DNA of 64,000 nucleotides from Patescibacteria group bacterium. Lineage in GTDB: Bacteria > Patescibacteriota > Minisyncoccia > UBA6257 > 2-01-FULL-56-20. Made by a program: the position numbers and the translations under genes. The DNA lies in NCBI GenBank assembly GCA_038077975.1, contig JBBUGM010000011.1, positions 22,038-86,037 of the forward strand, written 5' to 3'. Below are positions 40,187 to 48,736 of this stretch, piece by piece; position 1 is the stretch's first letter; every line of letters begins with the position of its first letter. The notes beneath the pieces were generated by a model. It worked only from the letters and a program-made list of their open reading frames with translations. It searched no databases and had not been told where the DNA came from.

Positions 40187-43100
40187 TTACTCAATTACAA
40201 TGTTTACCAGTTTGCCCCTTACATAAACCACCTTTTTTATGGTGAGCGGAGTCGAACCATTCGGAGATTTCCCTTCCAAGTATCTTTGCACCTTTTCGCT
40301 TCGGAGCGCAATGTTCTTCGCATCTTCTTCGGTAATGTTAGCATCCACCTCGAAGGTGTCGCGCACTTTGCCATTCACCTGCACGACAAGCGTAATTTTT
40401 TCCTCTTGGATAAGTTTTTCGTCATACTCCGGCCATTTTTCGAAATCAAGATAGGTCTTGTTGCCAAGTTGAGACCAAAGTTCTTGAGCAAGGTGAGGGG
40501 CGAAAGGATGAAGCAGTTTTATAAATTTCTCTAATTGATGGGTTTTAAAAGCAGTGTTGGATAACTGCCCCGTTGCTCCAGGCAATAAAGGACCCGCTTC
40601 TTCCTCTTCGTGTATTTCGTTAAAAAATATCATCAACGACGATATTGCCGTATTAAATTTAAAAGATTGAATATCATCCCCAACTTTTTTAATTGTTTTG
40701 TGCAAAAACGTGTCTATGACTCTACTTTTTTTGTTCTCTGGAGCATTGTCTACATTTTCTCTGTTTTTTCTTTCGCTCCAGCGCTCAAAATATCTTCTGA
40801 TCTTTCCCAGAAATCTTTCCATCCCCAAAACGCCTTTCGGGTCCCACGGCTGGCCCTGCTCAAAGGGGCCCATGAACATTTCGTAAAGGCGCACGGTGTC
40901 CGCGCCGAACTCACCGACAATTTCGTCTGGATTAACAACATTGCCCTTCGATTTCGACATCTTCTGTCCGTCTTCGCCCAAAATTAGGCCTTGGTGGCGC
41001 AACTTCAAAAACGGCTCTGAAAAATTTAGATAGCCGATATCATGCAAAAATTTTGTAATGAAGCGCGCGTAAAGAAGGTGGAGCGTCGTGTGCTCTGCGC
41101 CGATGACGTATAAGTCCACCGGAAGCCACTCTTTCGCTTTTTTCTTATCAAAAATTTCTTTCTCGTTCGCCGGGTCCGTATAACGCAAGAAGTACCACGA
41201 GGAATCAACAAACGTGTCGAGAGTTTCGGGGTCGCGTTTGGCATCGCCGCCGCACTTAGGGCACACCACGCTCATAAATTCTTTGGAGCTCGCCAAAGGC
41301 GGCACACCTTTGGGGCGATAATTTTTGAGGGGCGGAAGCATTACCGGCAAATCTTTCTCCGGCACGGGAACAATTGCGTGTTTAACGCCGTCGATGATTG
41401 TTGTTCGTTGCCCTTCGACAAGCTCAGGGGATAAACTTTTTGATTTAGAAGATATACTTGGTGAGCCTGTCGAACCATTTCCAATTTCCCAGCATTTATG
41501 GCAATAAATGATGGGTATCGGCACTCCCCAGTAGCGCTGGCGGGAAACGGACCAATCGCGCAAACGGTATTGCACTTTCCGCCCTCCTCCCGCAAATTCC
41601 GTTATCTCCCATTTCGCTGTCTCCGATGTCCTGCCGTCGAACTTGCCGGAATTAATGAGCAGTCCTTCGCCCGTATATACGGATCCCGAATTCAGCTTTT
41701 CATTCCAAAGCTCAACTTCCGCATGCGTCATGTTCTCGTAATTCAACTTCGATTTGTCGAGCCAAATTACGTCATGAGATTCCCTCTCTTCTTTGCCTAT
41801 CTCCACTTGCTTATGGTCTACAAGCTCGAAAACTACCGCTGTTGTGTATGAAACTCTATTTTCGTCCTTGTGTGCGGCAAAATATTCGGCTCTGGCTTGA
41901 CCATCCAGAACTTTGACCAATTTTAGATTCACGAATCCGGTTTCTTCCTCCACTTCCCGTTTTGCGGCTTCGACAACGCTCTCGCCGTCTTGTATCCCGC
42001 CCATCGGAAATGTGGTCCAGTTGAACTTTCTCCATTTAAGCCCGAGGTATTTGCCCGTTTTAGGGTCCTTCACTATCGCATGGACATTCTTCCTTTCGAC
42101 GAATTTTTTGCCGTCAACCGGAGGATTGCGCTTGTCGATAATGTTCGGAACAACCACTTCTTTTATCGGCAATTCAAATTTTTTTGCGAACTCGAAGTCG
42201 CGCCCATCATGCGCCGGGACGGCCATGATCGCCCCCGTGCCATAACCCATCAAAACGTAATCCGCGATCCACACCGGAATTTCTTCCTTCGTCGCCGGAT
42301 TTATCGCTTTCACGCCTTTGAGCTCAACGCCTGTCTTACTATGCCCTGAACCAGTCGAAGGGTCATTCTCTCGCATCCTTTGCAGTTCGGTCTTATGTTT
42401 TGCCTTCTCGACATATTTCTCTACCTCTTTGAAATTTGTAATTTGGTGCTTGAAATTTTCGATGAGCTGGTGCTCGGGAGCGAGAACCATATAAGTTGCA
42501 CCAAAAAGCGTATCCGGTCGAGTGGTGAAAACTGTTATAACCTCCAAAAGGTTTCGCAAAACTTCCGGCTCTTCGGCGGCACAAGCGTGAGGTTTTTCCG
42601 CAACGAAATCCACCAACCGCCCACCAAAAAGTTCAGTAAGTTTTGCCGGTTGGTATTGCGGCACTGCGTCGTCCGTGAGATCCCTGAGCGATAAAAGTGA
42701 GCCAACGTTTTTGCTTATCTTCTTAATGTCGAACTTCCAGTCGAAAGTTTGTGGCTCAAAATTATCGTCGTCGACAAATTTATTCTCGGTAAACCCTCCC
42801 ACCAAAATCGTTTTTCTGACCGGCCGTTTTACCCTCTCAAGCACCTTTAAGGCCACGACTGTTCCCAAACTGTGTCCCAAAATCACGCTGTTCTCATCGA
42901 AAGAAACTGTTTTTAATGCGTGCTCCACCTGATCGTAAACTCTCGGATCGCCAGAATTTGGCAATTCTGGCGCCTGAACTTTATAGCCGCGGTTTGCTAA
43001 CTCTTTTTTGAGCCACGGGAAAAAGTTTTTCTCCGGCGACCCCCTATATCCATGTAGTAAAACAAAATTCGGTTTTTTTGAAAATTGTGAATTGGAAATT

Positions 43101-43795
43101 GGAAATTCTATAATCGCTCCCTCTGACTTCCCTATCCAGTCCTTCTGGCGCTTCGCGGATGATTCAGGCCAATCAAGTCCGTTTAAGTCCGCGAGCAGTT
43201 TGTCCGCGTAGTCCGTTATCCTCAAGAACCACTGCTCCATTTCCTTCTGCTCCACCTCCGCGCCACAACGCTCACAGCAACCGTTCACGACCTGCTCGTT
43301 TGCCAAAACCGTTTGGTCCTTGGGGCACCAATTAACCGTCGCCTTCTTGCGGTAAGCCAATCCTTTTTCGAAAAGTTTTATAAAAAGCCATTGTGTCCAT
43401 TTGTAGTAATCGGGACTTGAAGTGTTTATCTCGCGATCCCAGTCGTAGGAAAGGCCGAACATCCGCACTTGCCGTTTGAAATTTTTGATATTCTCTGCGG
43501 CAACTTCCTGCGGCGCTTTTCCGACTTTGATGGCATAATTTTCCGTTGGAAGCCCGAAGGCGTCCCAGCCCATCGTATAGAGCACGTCATGCCCATTCAT
43601 ACGCATAAAGCGCGCGTGAATGTCCTCTGCGATATAGCCCTTGGGGTGCCCGACGTGCAGGCCAGCCGCCGAAGGATACGGAAACGTTTCAAGTTGATAG
43701 TATTTCTTCTTCGGCTTATCGCTCGCCTTGAAAACTTTCTCCTTTAACCAGCGTTCCTGCCACCTTTTTTCTATTTTGCGAAAATCATATTTCAT
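40187..43795 (-). CDS. leuS: leucyl-tRNA synthetase with inserted serine-hydrolase and NUDIX domains
   Basis: HVGH (HIGH), KMSKS, the editing-domain motifs TTRPDT and GTGAIMAVPAHD. 1202 aa versus about 800-860 typical. Confidence 0.95.
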   Translation of the reverse strand: MKYDFRKIEKRWQERWLKEKVFKASDKPKKKYYQLETFPYPSAAGLHVGHPKGYIAEDIHARFMRMNGHDVLYTMGWDAFGLPTENYAIKVGKAPQEVAAENIKNFKRQVRMFGLSYDWDREINTSSPDYYKWTQWLFIKLFEKGLAYRKKATVNWCPKDQTVLANEQVVNGCCERCGAEVEQKEMEQWFLRITDYADKLLADLNGLDWPESSAKRQKDWIGKSEGAIIEFPISNSQFSKKPNFVLLHGYRGSPEKNFFPWLKKELANRGYKVQAPELPNSGDPRVYDQVEHALKTVSFDENSVILGHSLGTVVALKVLERVKRPVRKTILVGGFTENKFVDDDNFEPQTFDWKFDIKKISKNVGSLLSLRDLTDDAVPQYQPAKLTELFGGRLVDFVAEKPHACAAEEPEVLRNLLEVITVFTTRPDTLFGATYMVLAPEHQLIENFKHQITNFKEVEKYVEKAKHKTELQRMRENDPSTGSGHSKTGVELKGVKAINPATKEEIPVWIADYVLMGYGTGAIMAVPAHDGRDFEFAKKFELPIKEVVVPNIIDKRNPPVDGKKFVERKNVHAIVKDPKTGKYLGLKWRKFNWTTFPMGGIQDGESVVEAAKREVEEETGFVNLKLVKVLDGQARAEYFAAHKDENRVSYTTAVVFELVDHKQVEIGKEERESHDVIWLDKSKLNYENMTHAEVELWNEKLNSGSVYTGEGLLINSGKFDGRTSETAKWEITEFAGGGRKVQYRLRDWSVSRQRYWGVPIPIIYCHKCWEIGNGSTGSPSISSKSKSLSPELVEGQRTTIIDGVKHAIVPVPEKDLPVMLPPLKNYRPKGVPPLASSKEFMSVVCPKCGGDAKRDPETLDTFVDSSWYFLRYTDPANEKEIFDKKKAKEWLPVDLYVIGAEHTTLHLLYARFITKFLHDIGYLNFSEPFLKLRHQGLILGEDGQKMSKSKGNVVNPDEIVGEFGADTVRLYEMFMGPFEQGQPWDPKGVLGMERFLGKIRRYFERWSERKNRENVDNAPENKKSRVIDTFLHKTIKKVGDDIQSFKFNTAISSLMIFFNEIHEEEEAGPLLPGATGQLSNTAFKTHQLEKFIKLLHPFAPHLAQELWSQLGNKTYLDFEKWPEYDEKLIQEEKITLVVQVNGKVRDTFEVDANITEEDAKNIALRSEKVQRYLEGKSPNGSTPLTIKKVVYVRGKLVNIVIE
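41411..41476. repeat. hairpin-forming element inside leuS (TTCGACAAGCTCA ... TGAGCCTGTCGAA)
   Basis: 13-nt arms with one mismatch and a 35-nt loop. Translated in frame as GSTGSPSISSKSKSLSPELVEG. Confidence 0.8.
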
Positions 43796-43872
43796 AATTT
43801 TGTCCCGATTCGTGTAGCGAATCGCGGATCCTCGATTTTGTCACTGCGCGTAGCGCAAACAAAATCGGGACC
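43796..43872. repeat. palindromic spacer upstream of leuS
   Basis: GTCCCGATT...AATCGGGAC and CGATTTTGT...ACAAAATCG nested stems. Confidence 0.7.
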
Positions 43873-43908
43873 ATTTTTTTCGATCTTCTTTGGGTCGTAT
43901 TTAGCCAT
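43873..43908 (-). pseudogene. displaced leuS 5' end (MAKYDPKKIEKN)
   Basis: Resembles the functional start MKYDFRKIEKRW 113 nt downstream. It opens a 38-codon ORF (43792-43908) that runs through a palindromic repeat. Confidence 0.5.
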
Positions 43909-43928
43909 ATTCTCAATTCTATCGCGAT

Positions 43929-44783
43929 TTAGACCTCTACGCCAAAAACATTTTTCGCGTTTCGGGCGATAGCTTCTGCCATTTTTTCGACAGAAACATT
44001 CTTAAGTTCCGCAAGTTTTTTTACAACTTCCGTTACATATGCCGGTTCATTGCGCTTGCCGCGATACGGAACTGGTGCGACATACGGCGCGTCGGTTTCG
44101 GACAGTATCGCCTCAAGCGGGAGCATCTTTATTACTTCGTCGTAGTCACGGGCGAAGGTGATTACGCCGCCGAAGGTGAAAGCGAATCCGAGATCGAGCA
44201 ATTTTTTCGCTTCGTCTTTTCTGCCGGAGAAGAAATGAATTATTCCAGGAGCAGTAGGTAGTAGGTAGTGAGTAGTATGTAGTAGTTCTATCAAATCGGG
44301 AAATGCCGCGCGGCAGTGGATCATCAATGGCTTTTTAACTTCGTGCGCAAGTTCAATCTGCGCCGAAAACCCTTCTTGTTGTTTTTCTACCGTTTTTTTG
44401 TCCGCGTCAGTCAGCGTTCGGTCAGCGTTAGTCCGCGACTGAAGGCGAAAGTAGTCCAATCCGCATTCCCCAAGTGCCACCACTTCCGGTTCACCTGCCA
44501 GCTTGCGCAATGCATCAACGTCCAATCTCTCCCGCTCTTTCTCCGCCTGCTCGTTCTTATCGTGATACCAATTTTCCGAAAAATGAGCGGGGTGAAAACC
44601 GACTGTGGCCCAAACATCTCCTTTATGCGTTTTTGCGTAATTCACGGCGCTCTCGGAACTAGTATATTGCGTGCCCACGGTTATCATTTTTACGCCGGCT
44701 TTTTTTGCTCGCGCGAAAACATTCTCGCGGTCGTCATCATAGGCGGGAAAGTGTATGTGCGTGTGGGCGTCTAAAAAAGTCAT
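43929..44783 (-). CDS. tatD: TatD family metal-dependent hydrolase
   Basis: DAHTHIHF start, GECGLDYF and IHCR motifs. Two low-complexity inserts. Confidence 0.9.
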   Translation of the reverse strand: MTFLDAHTHIHFPAYDDDRENVFARAKKAGVKMITVGTQYTSSESAVNYAKTHKGDVWATVGFHPAHFSENWYHDKNEQAEKERERLDVDALRKLAGEPEVVALGECGLDYFRLQSRTNADRTLTDADKKTVEKQQEGFSAQIELAHEVKKPLMIHCRAAFPDLIELLHTTHYLLPTAPGIIHFFSGRKDEAKKLLDLGFAFTFGGVITFARDYDEVIKMLPLEAILSETDAPYVAPVPYRGKRNEPAYVTEVVKKLAELKNVSVEKMAEAIARNAKNVFGVEV

Positions 44784-44870
44784 GTACCATCAACGAATAA
44801 CGAATTAAAAAACGAATCTGCGAATGGAAATTCGTAAATTCGCAACTAGATTCGCTATTCGCTGATTACT
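44784..44870. repeat. imperfect palindrome, ACGAAT word family
   Basis: ATCAACGAATAACGAATT ... ATTCGCTATTCGCTGAT. Confidence 0.8.
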
Positions 44871-44936
44871 TTAGTTGCGTTTTCTTTGAAGATATGTTAG
44901 CATAAAAGTAGAATTTTGACTTGAGAGGATCGAACA

Positions 44937-45584
44937 GTGCGTTTCCGACTGGCAATTTTCGACTGGAATGGCACGCTTCTGAACGACTTACCTGCCGCTT
45001 ATGGCGCAGTCGTACATATTTTCCAAACCGTATCTCCCAACCTTGAACCGCCGACTCTTGAGGAATATTGCAACGAAATAACTTCAAAATTCATGGATTT
45101 CTACTATGCCCACGGAATACCGACTAGCGTAAGCGGCGATGATCTAAACAATATAAGAAAGCCGTATTATGAAGAACATTCCCGAACGGCCAAGCTTAAC
45201 GACGGCGCGCGAGAATTTCTTGCAAGATGCCAGGAACTCGGACTCAAAAACGCGATGGTAAGCGCTTCTCCCGAAGATGTCGAAAAAACGCTGGCCGAAT
45301 TCGGCGTAGCGAACCTTTTCGACAAAATCCGACTCAAGGCATGGCCCAAAGACGCTGCGCTCAGGGAAACGGTCGAGTATTTTGGCATCCGGCCCGAAGA
45401 AGCTTTTTATGTCGATGACACGTTCGACGGCATAACCTCCGCGAAAAATCTTGGCCTCTGGACGATCGGCTTTACGGGTGGTTATAACACGCGGGAAAGA
45501 ATCCTTGCGGCTCGGCCGAATTACGCGGTTGATTCCTTGAGGCACGCAATAGCAATTCTGAATTCGTGGGAGGTGAAGCCATGA
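44937..45584 (+). CDS. HAD superfamily hydrolase (phosphoglycolate phosphatase-like)
   Basis: Motif I FDWNGTL, later SASP and DDTFDG. Confidence 0.8.
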   Translation: MRFRLAIFDWNGTLLNDLPAAYGAVVHIFQTVSPNLEPPTLEEYCNEITSKFMDFYYAHGIPTSVSGDDLNNIRKPYYEEHSRTAKLNDGAREFLARCQELGLKNAMVSASPEDVEKTLAEFGVANLFDKIRLKAWPKDAALRETVEYFGIRPEEAFYVDDTFDGITSAKNLGLWTIGFTGGYNTRERILAARPNYAVDSLRHAIAILNSWEVKP

Positions 45585-46366
45585 GAATTATCCTCGGACA
45601 CGTCGGCGAGATACGCGCAGGCAAAGGCACTGTCGGCGATCTAATCGATCTATGGCTCAAAGAAAACGGATTTACCGGCGCGAGAGAAAGTTTCGGAGGA
45701 ATCCTCCGCGAAACACTGGGGCGGCTGCAAATGCTTCGCCAAAACGGCTGGACGGCGAACGGCGGGCTTGGGCTCTGCATACTGCGGGAAATACTTTCGA
45801 TCTGGAGCATAGAAAACACCGACTCCAACCTTTTCCTTCTGGCAAAAACTCTTTTCTCTGATAAAGGTTACGGCTACGGCCATGTGGAGACGAACCGGCA
45901 CAATCTGCAAAAACTGGCCCAGATCATGGTCGAACCGGATGCTTTCGGTCCATATGCCCTTGCGCATGCTGTTGCACAAAGAGCCATCAAGAGACCCGTG
46001 CAAGTCATCCAACTCGACGGAGTGCGATGGCTGGAAGACGAAGAAACTATCAGAACTTTTACTGGATACAGAAACGAAGAGCATCCCGACATCTTCGGCA
46101 TCATCCTCTACACAACGGCCGACTTTTACGTGCGTTTGAAACGCGCCAACGAAAGGAAAAGAGAGGGCGAGGCCGGCCTCACCGAAGAACAGGCGCGGCG
46201 CGACGAAGAGCAAAAGAACGAGATTTATATCCCGCAAATCGGCTCCCGCGCCGACTGGAAGATCGTGAATAACTACGACACGCTTGAACCACTCAAAGAA
46301 GATGTTTACAAATTCTGCGAGATGTTCATCCGCACCGTCCTTGAACCGAACGATTCGTACATATAA
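45581..46366 (+). CDS. P-loop kinase-like protein (dNMP-kinase-like)
   Basis: GEIRAGKGT P-loop and LDGVRWLEDEE. ATGA overlap with the HAD gene stop. Confidence 0.5.
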   Translation: MRIILGHVGEIRAGKGTVGDLIDLWLKENGFTGARESFGGILRETLGRLQMLRQNGWTANGGLGLCILREILSIWSIENTDSNLFLLAKTLFSDKGYGYGHVETNRHNLQKLAQIMVEPDAFGPYALAHAVAQRAIKRPVQVIQLDGVRWLEDEETIRTFTGYRNEEHPDIFGIILYTTADFYVRLKRANERKREGEAGLTEEQARRDEEQKNEIYIPQIGSRADWKIVNNYDTLEPLKEDVYKFCEMFIRTVLEPNDSYI

Positions 46367-46528
46367 AAACCCGAACGGCGAGGTTAATACCCTCGCCGTT
46401 TTTCTTTATACATATGCACTTGACACTGAATTGCAGGGGGGGGTAAAATGCCCTTAGGTAATTTAATCTCAATAGAGGTGATAGCATGAAAGTTCTTCGG
46501 GGGTCTTGCTTCCTGCGCAGTCGCAGTT

Positions 46529-46990
46529 TTGATTGCTGTTTCGCTGTATGCACCAATCTTCTTCGTTGTCGTAATTGCCACATCTCAACCAGCGCAAACC
46601 CTCCAAGACAACTTCCATGTCCGTGCTAGTTTCGGAGGCTCTTTGGGCGGTCCGGTGCTCGCCATCAGATCAATGAATCGACGGGTGGTTGAGGGAAAAA
46701 TCATTTCTGTAGAAACTCGCTCTCCCGAGATGCTGACGAACACGATACCAAGTTCATGGTCGGATACTACCGTTCTACGCATCCAGCTTGGCTATGGTCT
46801 GGGCGACGTCGACCGCCGCATTGAATACAAAGCTCCACGGACAATCGATTATACAATGAGTGGGCACGCGGAATACCGACGGGGGCAATTGGTCTGGTTG
46901 GAAATACAACCCGTATTAACGACTTACCTACTCGACAATCATCTCACCCTACATGAACTTCGGGTCACAAAAATTGAGCCGAAACGCTAA
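46529..46990 (+). CDS. hypothetical exported protein, 5' end uncertain
   Basis: Hydrophobic N-terminus. A good RBS plus ATG at 46486 is one nucleotide out of frame. Confidence 0.45.
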   Translation: MIAVSLYAPIFFVVVIATSQPAQTLQDNFHVRASFGGSLGGPVLAIRSMNRRVVEGKIISVETRSPEMLTNTIPSSWSDTTVLRIQLGYGLGDVDRRIEYKAPRTIDYTMSGHAEYRRGQLVWLEIQPVLTTYLLDNHLTLHELRVTKIEPKR

Positions 46991-47001
46991 ACAAAAACGT
47001 G

Positions 47002-47035
47002 CGGCAGGACAGAACGTCCTGCCGTTTTTCTTTTT
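47002..47035 (+). terminator. intrinsic terminator
   Basis: CGGCAGGAC-AGAAC-GTCCTGCCG plus TTTTTCTTTTT. Confidence 0.8.
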
Positions 47036-47060
47036 ATGAAATTTAATGATCAAAAAAAAC

Positions 47061-47100
47061 TTACTATCATTATATAACAATTGTTATATAATGATAGTAA
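47061..47100. repeat. palindrome ACTATCATTATA-N12-TATAATGATAGT, copy 2 (40-bp perfect)
   Basis: TTACTATCATTATATAACAA followed by its exact reverse complement. Confidence 0.9.
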
Positions 47101-47154
47101 TGCTTTCCCGATCAACGGGCACACAAAGATGGGGCTAAATGAGTCGAGGACTCG

Positions 47155-48636
47155 TCAAACGAGTCGGGGAAAAAGCGGCTCGATTTTTTTGACGTGCAAG
47201 TTGTTCCCTTCCCAAATTATGCTTTTGGTTATTTTCTCCGCCGTTTCGGGCAAGAAAGGCAAAAGTAAGGCGGCAACATTGTCGAGCAGAACCACGAGGT
47301 CTGAAACAACACAAATCTTGTCCTCTTCGTGCTCGATGTCCCATGGTTTTTTCTTATTGATATAGCCGTCGCCGAACTGAATAAGTTTCCAAATCTCGGC
47401 GAGCGCTTCGTGCAGTTTAAATTCGGCGATCTTCACTTCCACCATTTTCTTCGCGGCCTCGATTTGCTTCGCCACAACTGCGGACGGGCCGATACACCCT
47501 CTTAGATTTTCTAGCGTCGCTCCTAGTGTCATAACACGCGATGCGAAATTGCCGAGCCCGTTCGCGAGATCGCCGTTGTAGCGCTCGCGGAACTTCTTCT
47601 CGCCCCAATCGCCGTCTTCATGCGACGGAATTTCGCGCAAAAGATAGTAGCGGACCGCATCGGTGCCATATTGCTTCACGAGTGCGAAGGGATCGACAAC
47701 GTTCCCAAGCGTCTTAGACATTTTCTTGCCTTCGACGCCGACAAAACCGTGGACGAAAATGTTATTCGGCAGAGGCAAACCGGCAGACAAAAGCATCCCC
47801 GGCCAGATAGCGGCATGAAAGCGCAAAATGTCTTTGCCGATAAGGTGGACGTCCGCCGGCCACCATTTTTGAAAATTCTTGCCACTTGTCTCTTGTCTCT
47901 TGTCGCTTGTCTCCAATCCAAATCCTATTGCCGAGAGATAGTTCGTCAAAGCATCGCACCAAACATATATTATCTGTGAGTCGTCCCCGGGCACGGGAAT
48001 TCCCCACTCCAAGTCCTTCCTCGGGCGCGAGAAACTCACGTCTTCGAGTCCCGATCTGATAAGCGACATTATTTCGTTCTTACGGCTGTAGGGAAGTATG
48101 CGCAATTCATCGTTCTTGATCATCTCCCCTATATTCTTGCCGTACTTCGACAGCCGGAAAAAATAATTCTCTTCTTCGATAACTTCCGGCTCCGCGCCGT
48201 GGTCGGAACATTTTCCCTGCGCAAGGTCTTTCTCCGTCACAAATGATTCATGGCCAACGCAGTAAAGGCCTTTGTAGGCCTTTTTATAGATATCACCGGC
48301 CTCGACCAACTTATTCCACATCATCTCGACACCGGGCCAATGGCGAGTTTTGTCCGTCGTTCTTATGAAGTCGTCTGGAGATAAGTTGAGCGCGTCTTTT
48401 AACGCCTTAAATTTTTCGACCAGCTCGTCGACGAATTTCTGCGGCTCCATTTTTGCCGCCTGGGCCGCGCGCGCGATCTTCGCGCCGTGTTCGTCCGAAC
48501 CGGTCAAGAAAAAAACATCGTCTCCGCGGAGGCGATGGTATCGCGCGAGAACGTCTGCCTGGACTTTCTCAAGCGCGTGGCCTATGTGAGGCGGCGCGTT
48601 CAAATAATCAATGGCGGTTGTGATGTAAAACTTCAT
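47155..48636 (-). CDS. metG: methionyl-tRNA synthetase (short form)
   Basis: PPHIGHA and KMSKTLGN motifs. 493 aa. Confidence 0.95.
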   Translation of the reverse strand: MKFYITTAIDYLNAPPHIGHALEKVQADVLARYHRLRGDDVFFLTGSDEHGAKIARAAQAAKMEPQKFVDELVEKFKALKDALNLSPDDFIRTTDKTRHWPGVEMMWNKLVEAGDIYKKAYKGLYCVGHESFVTEKDLAQGKCSDHGAEPEVIEEENYFFRLSKYGKNIGEMIKNDELRILPYSRKNEIMSLIRSGLEDVSFSRPRKDLEWGIPVPGDDSQIIYVWCDALTNYLSAIGFGLETSDKRQETSGKNFQKWWPADVHLIGKDILRFHAAIWPGMLLSAGLPLPNNIFVHGFVGVEGKKMSKTLGNVVDPFALVKQYGTDAVRYYLLREIPSHEDGDWGEKKFRERYNGDLANGLGNFASRVMTLGATLENLRGCIGPSAVVAKQIEAAKKMVEVKIAEFKLHEALAEIWKLIQFGDGYINKKKPWDIEHEEDKICVVSDLVVLLDNVAALLLPFLPETAEKITKSIIWEGNNLHVKKIEPLFPRLV

Positions 48637-48736
48637 AAATGTAATGCTAATCTACGAATCCATTCGAATGCAACGAATAATACTAATTCGCATTATTAGC
48701 AGCATTCGCACGCCATTTGCAGATTGGCATTGCGCA
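48637..48736. repeat. imperfect palindrome, GCGAAT/ATTCGC word family
   Basis: AATGCTAATCTACGAATCCATTCGAATGC ... GCATTCGCACGCCATTTGCAGATTGGCATT. Confidence 0.7.
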
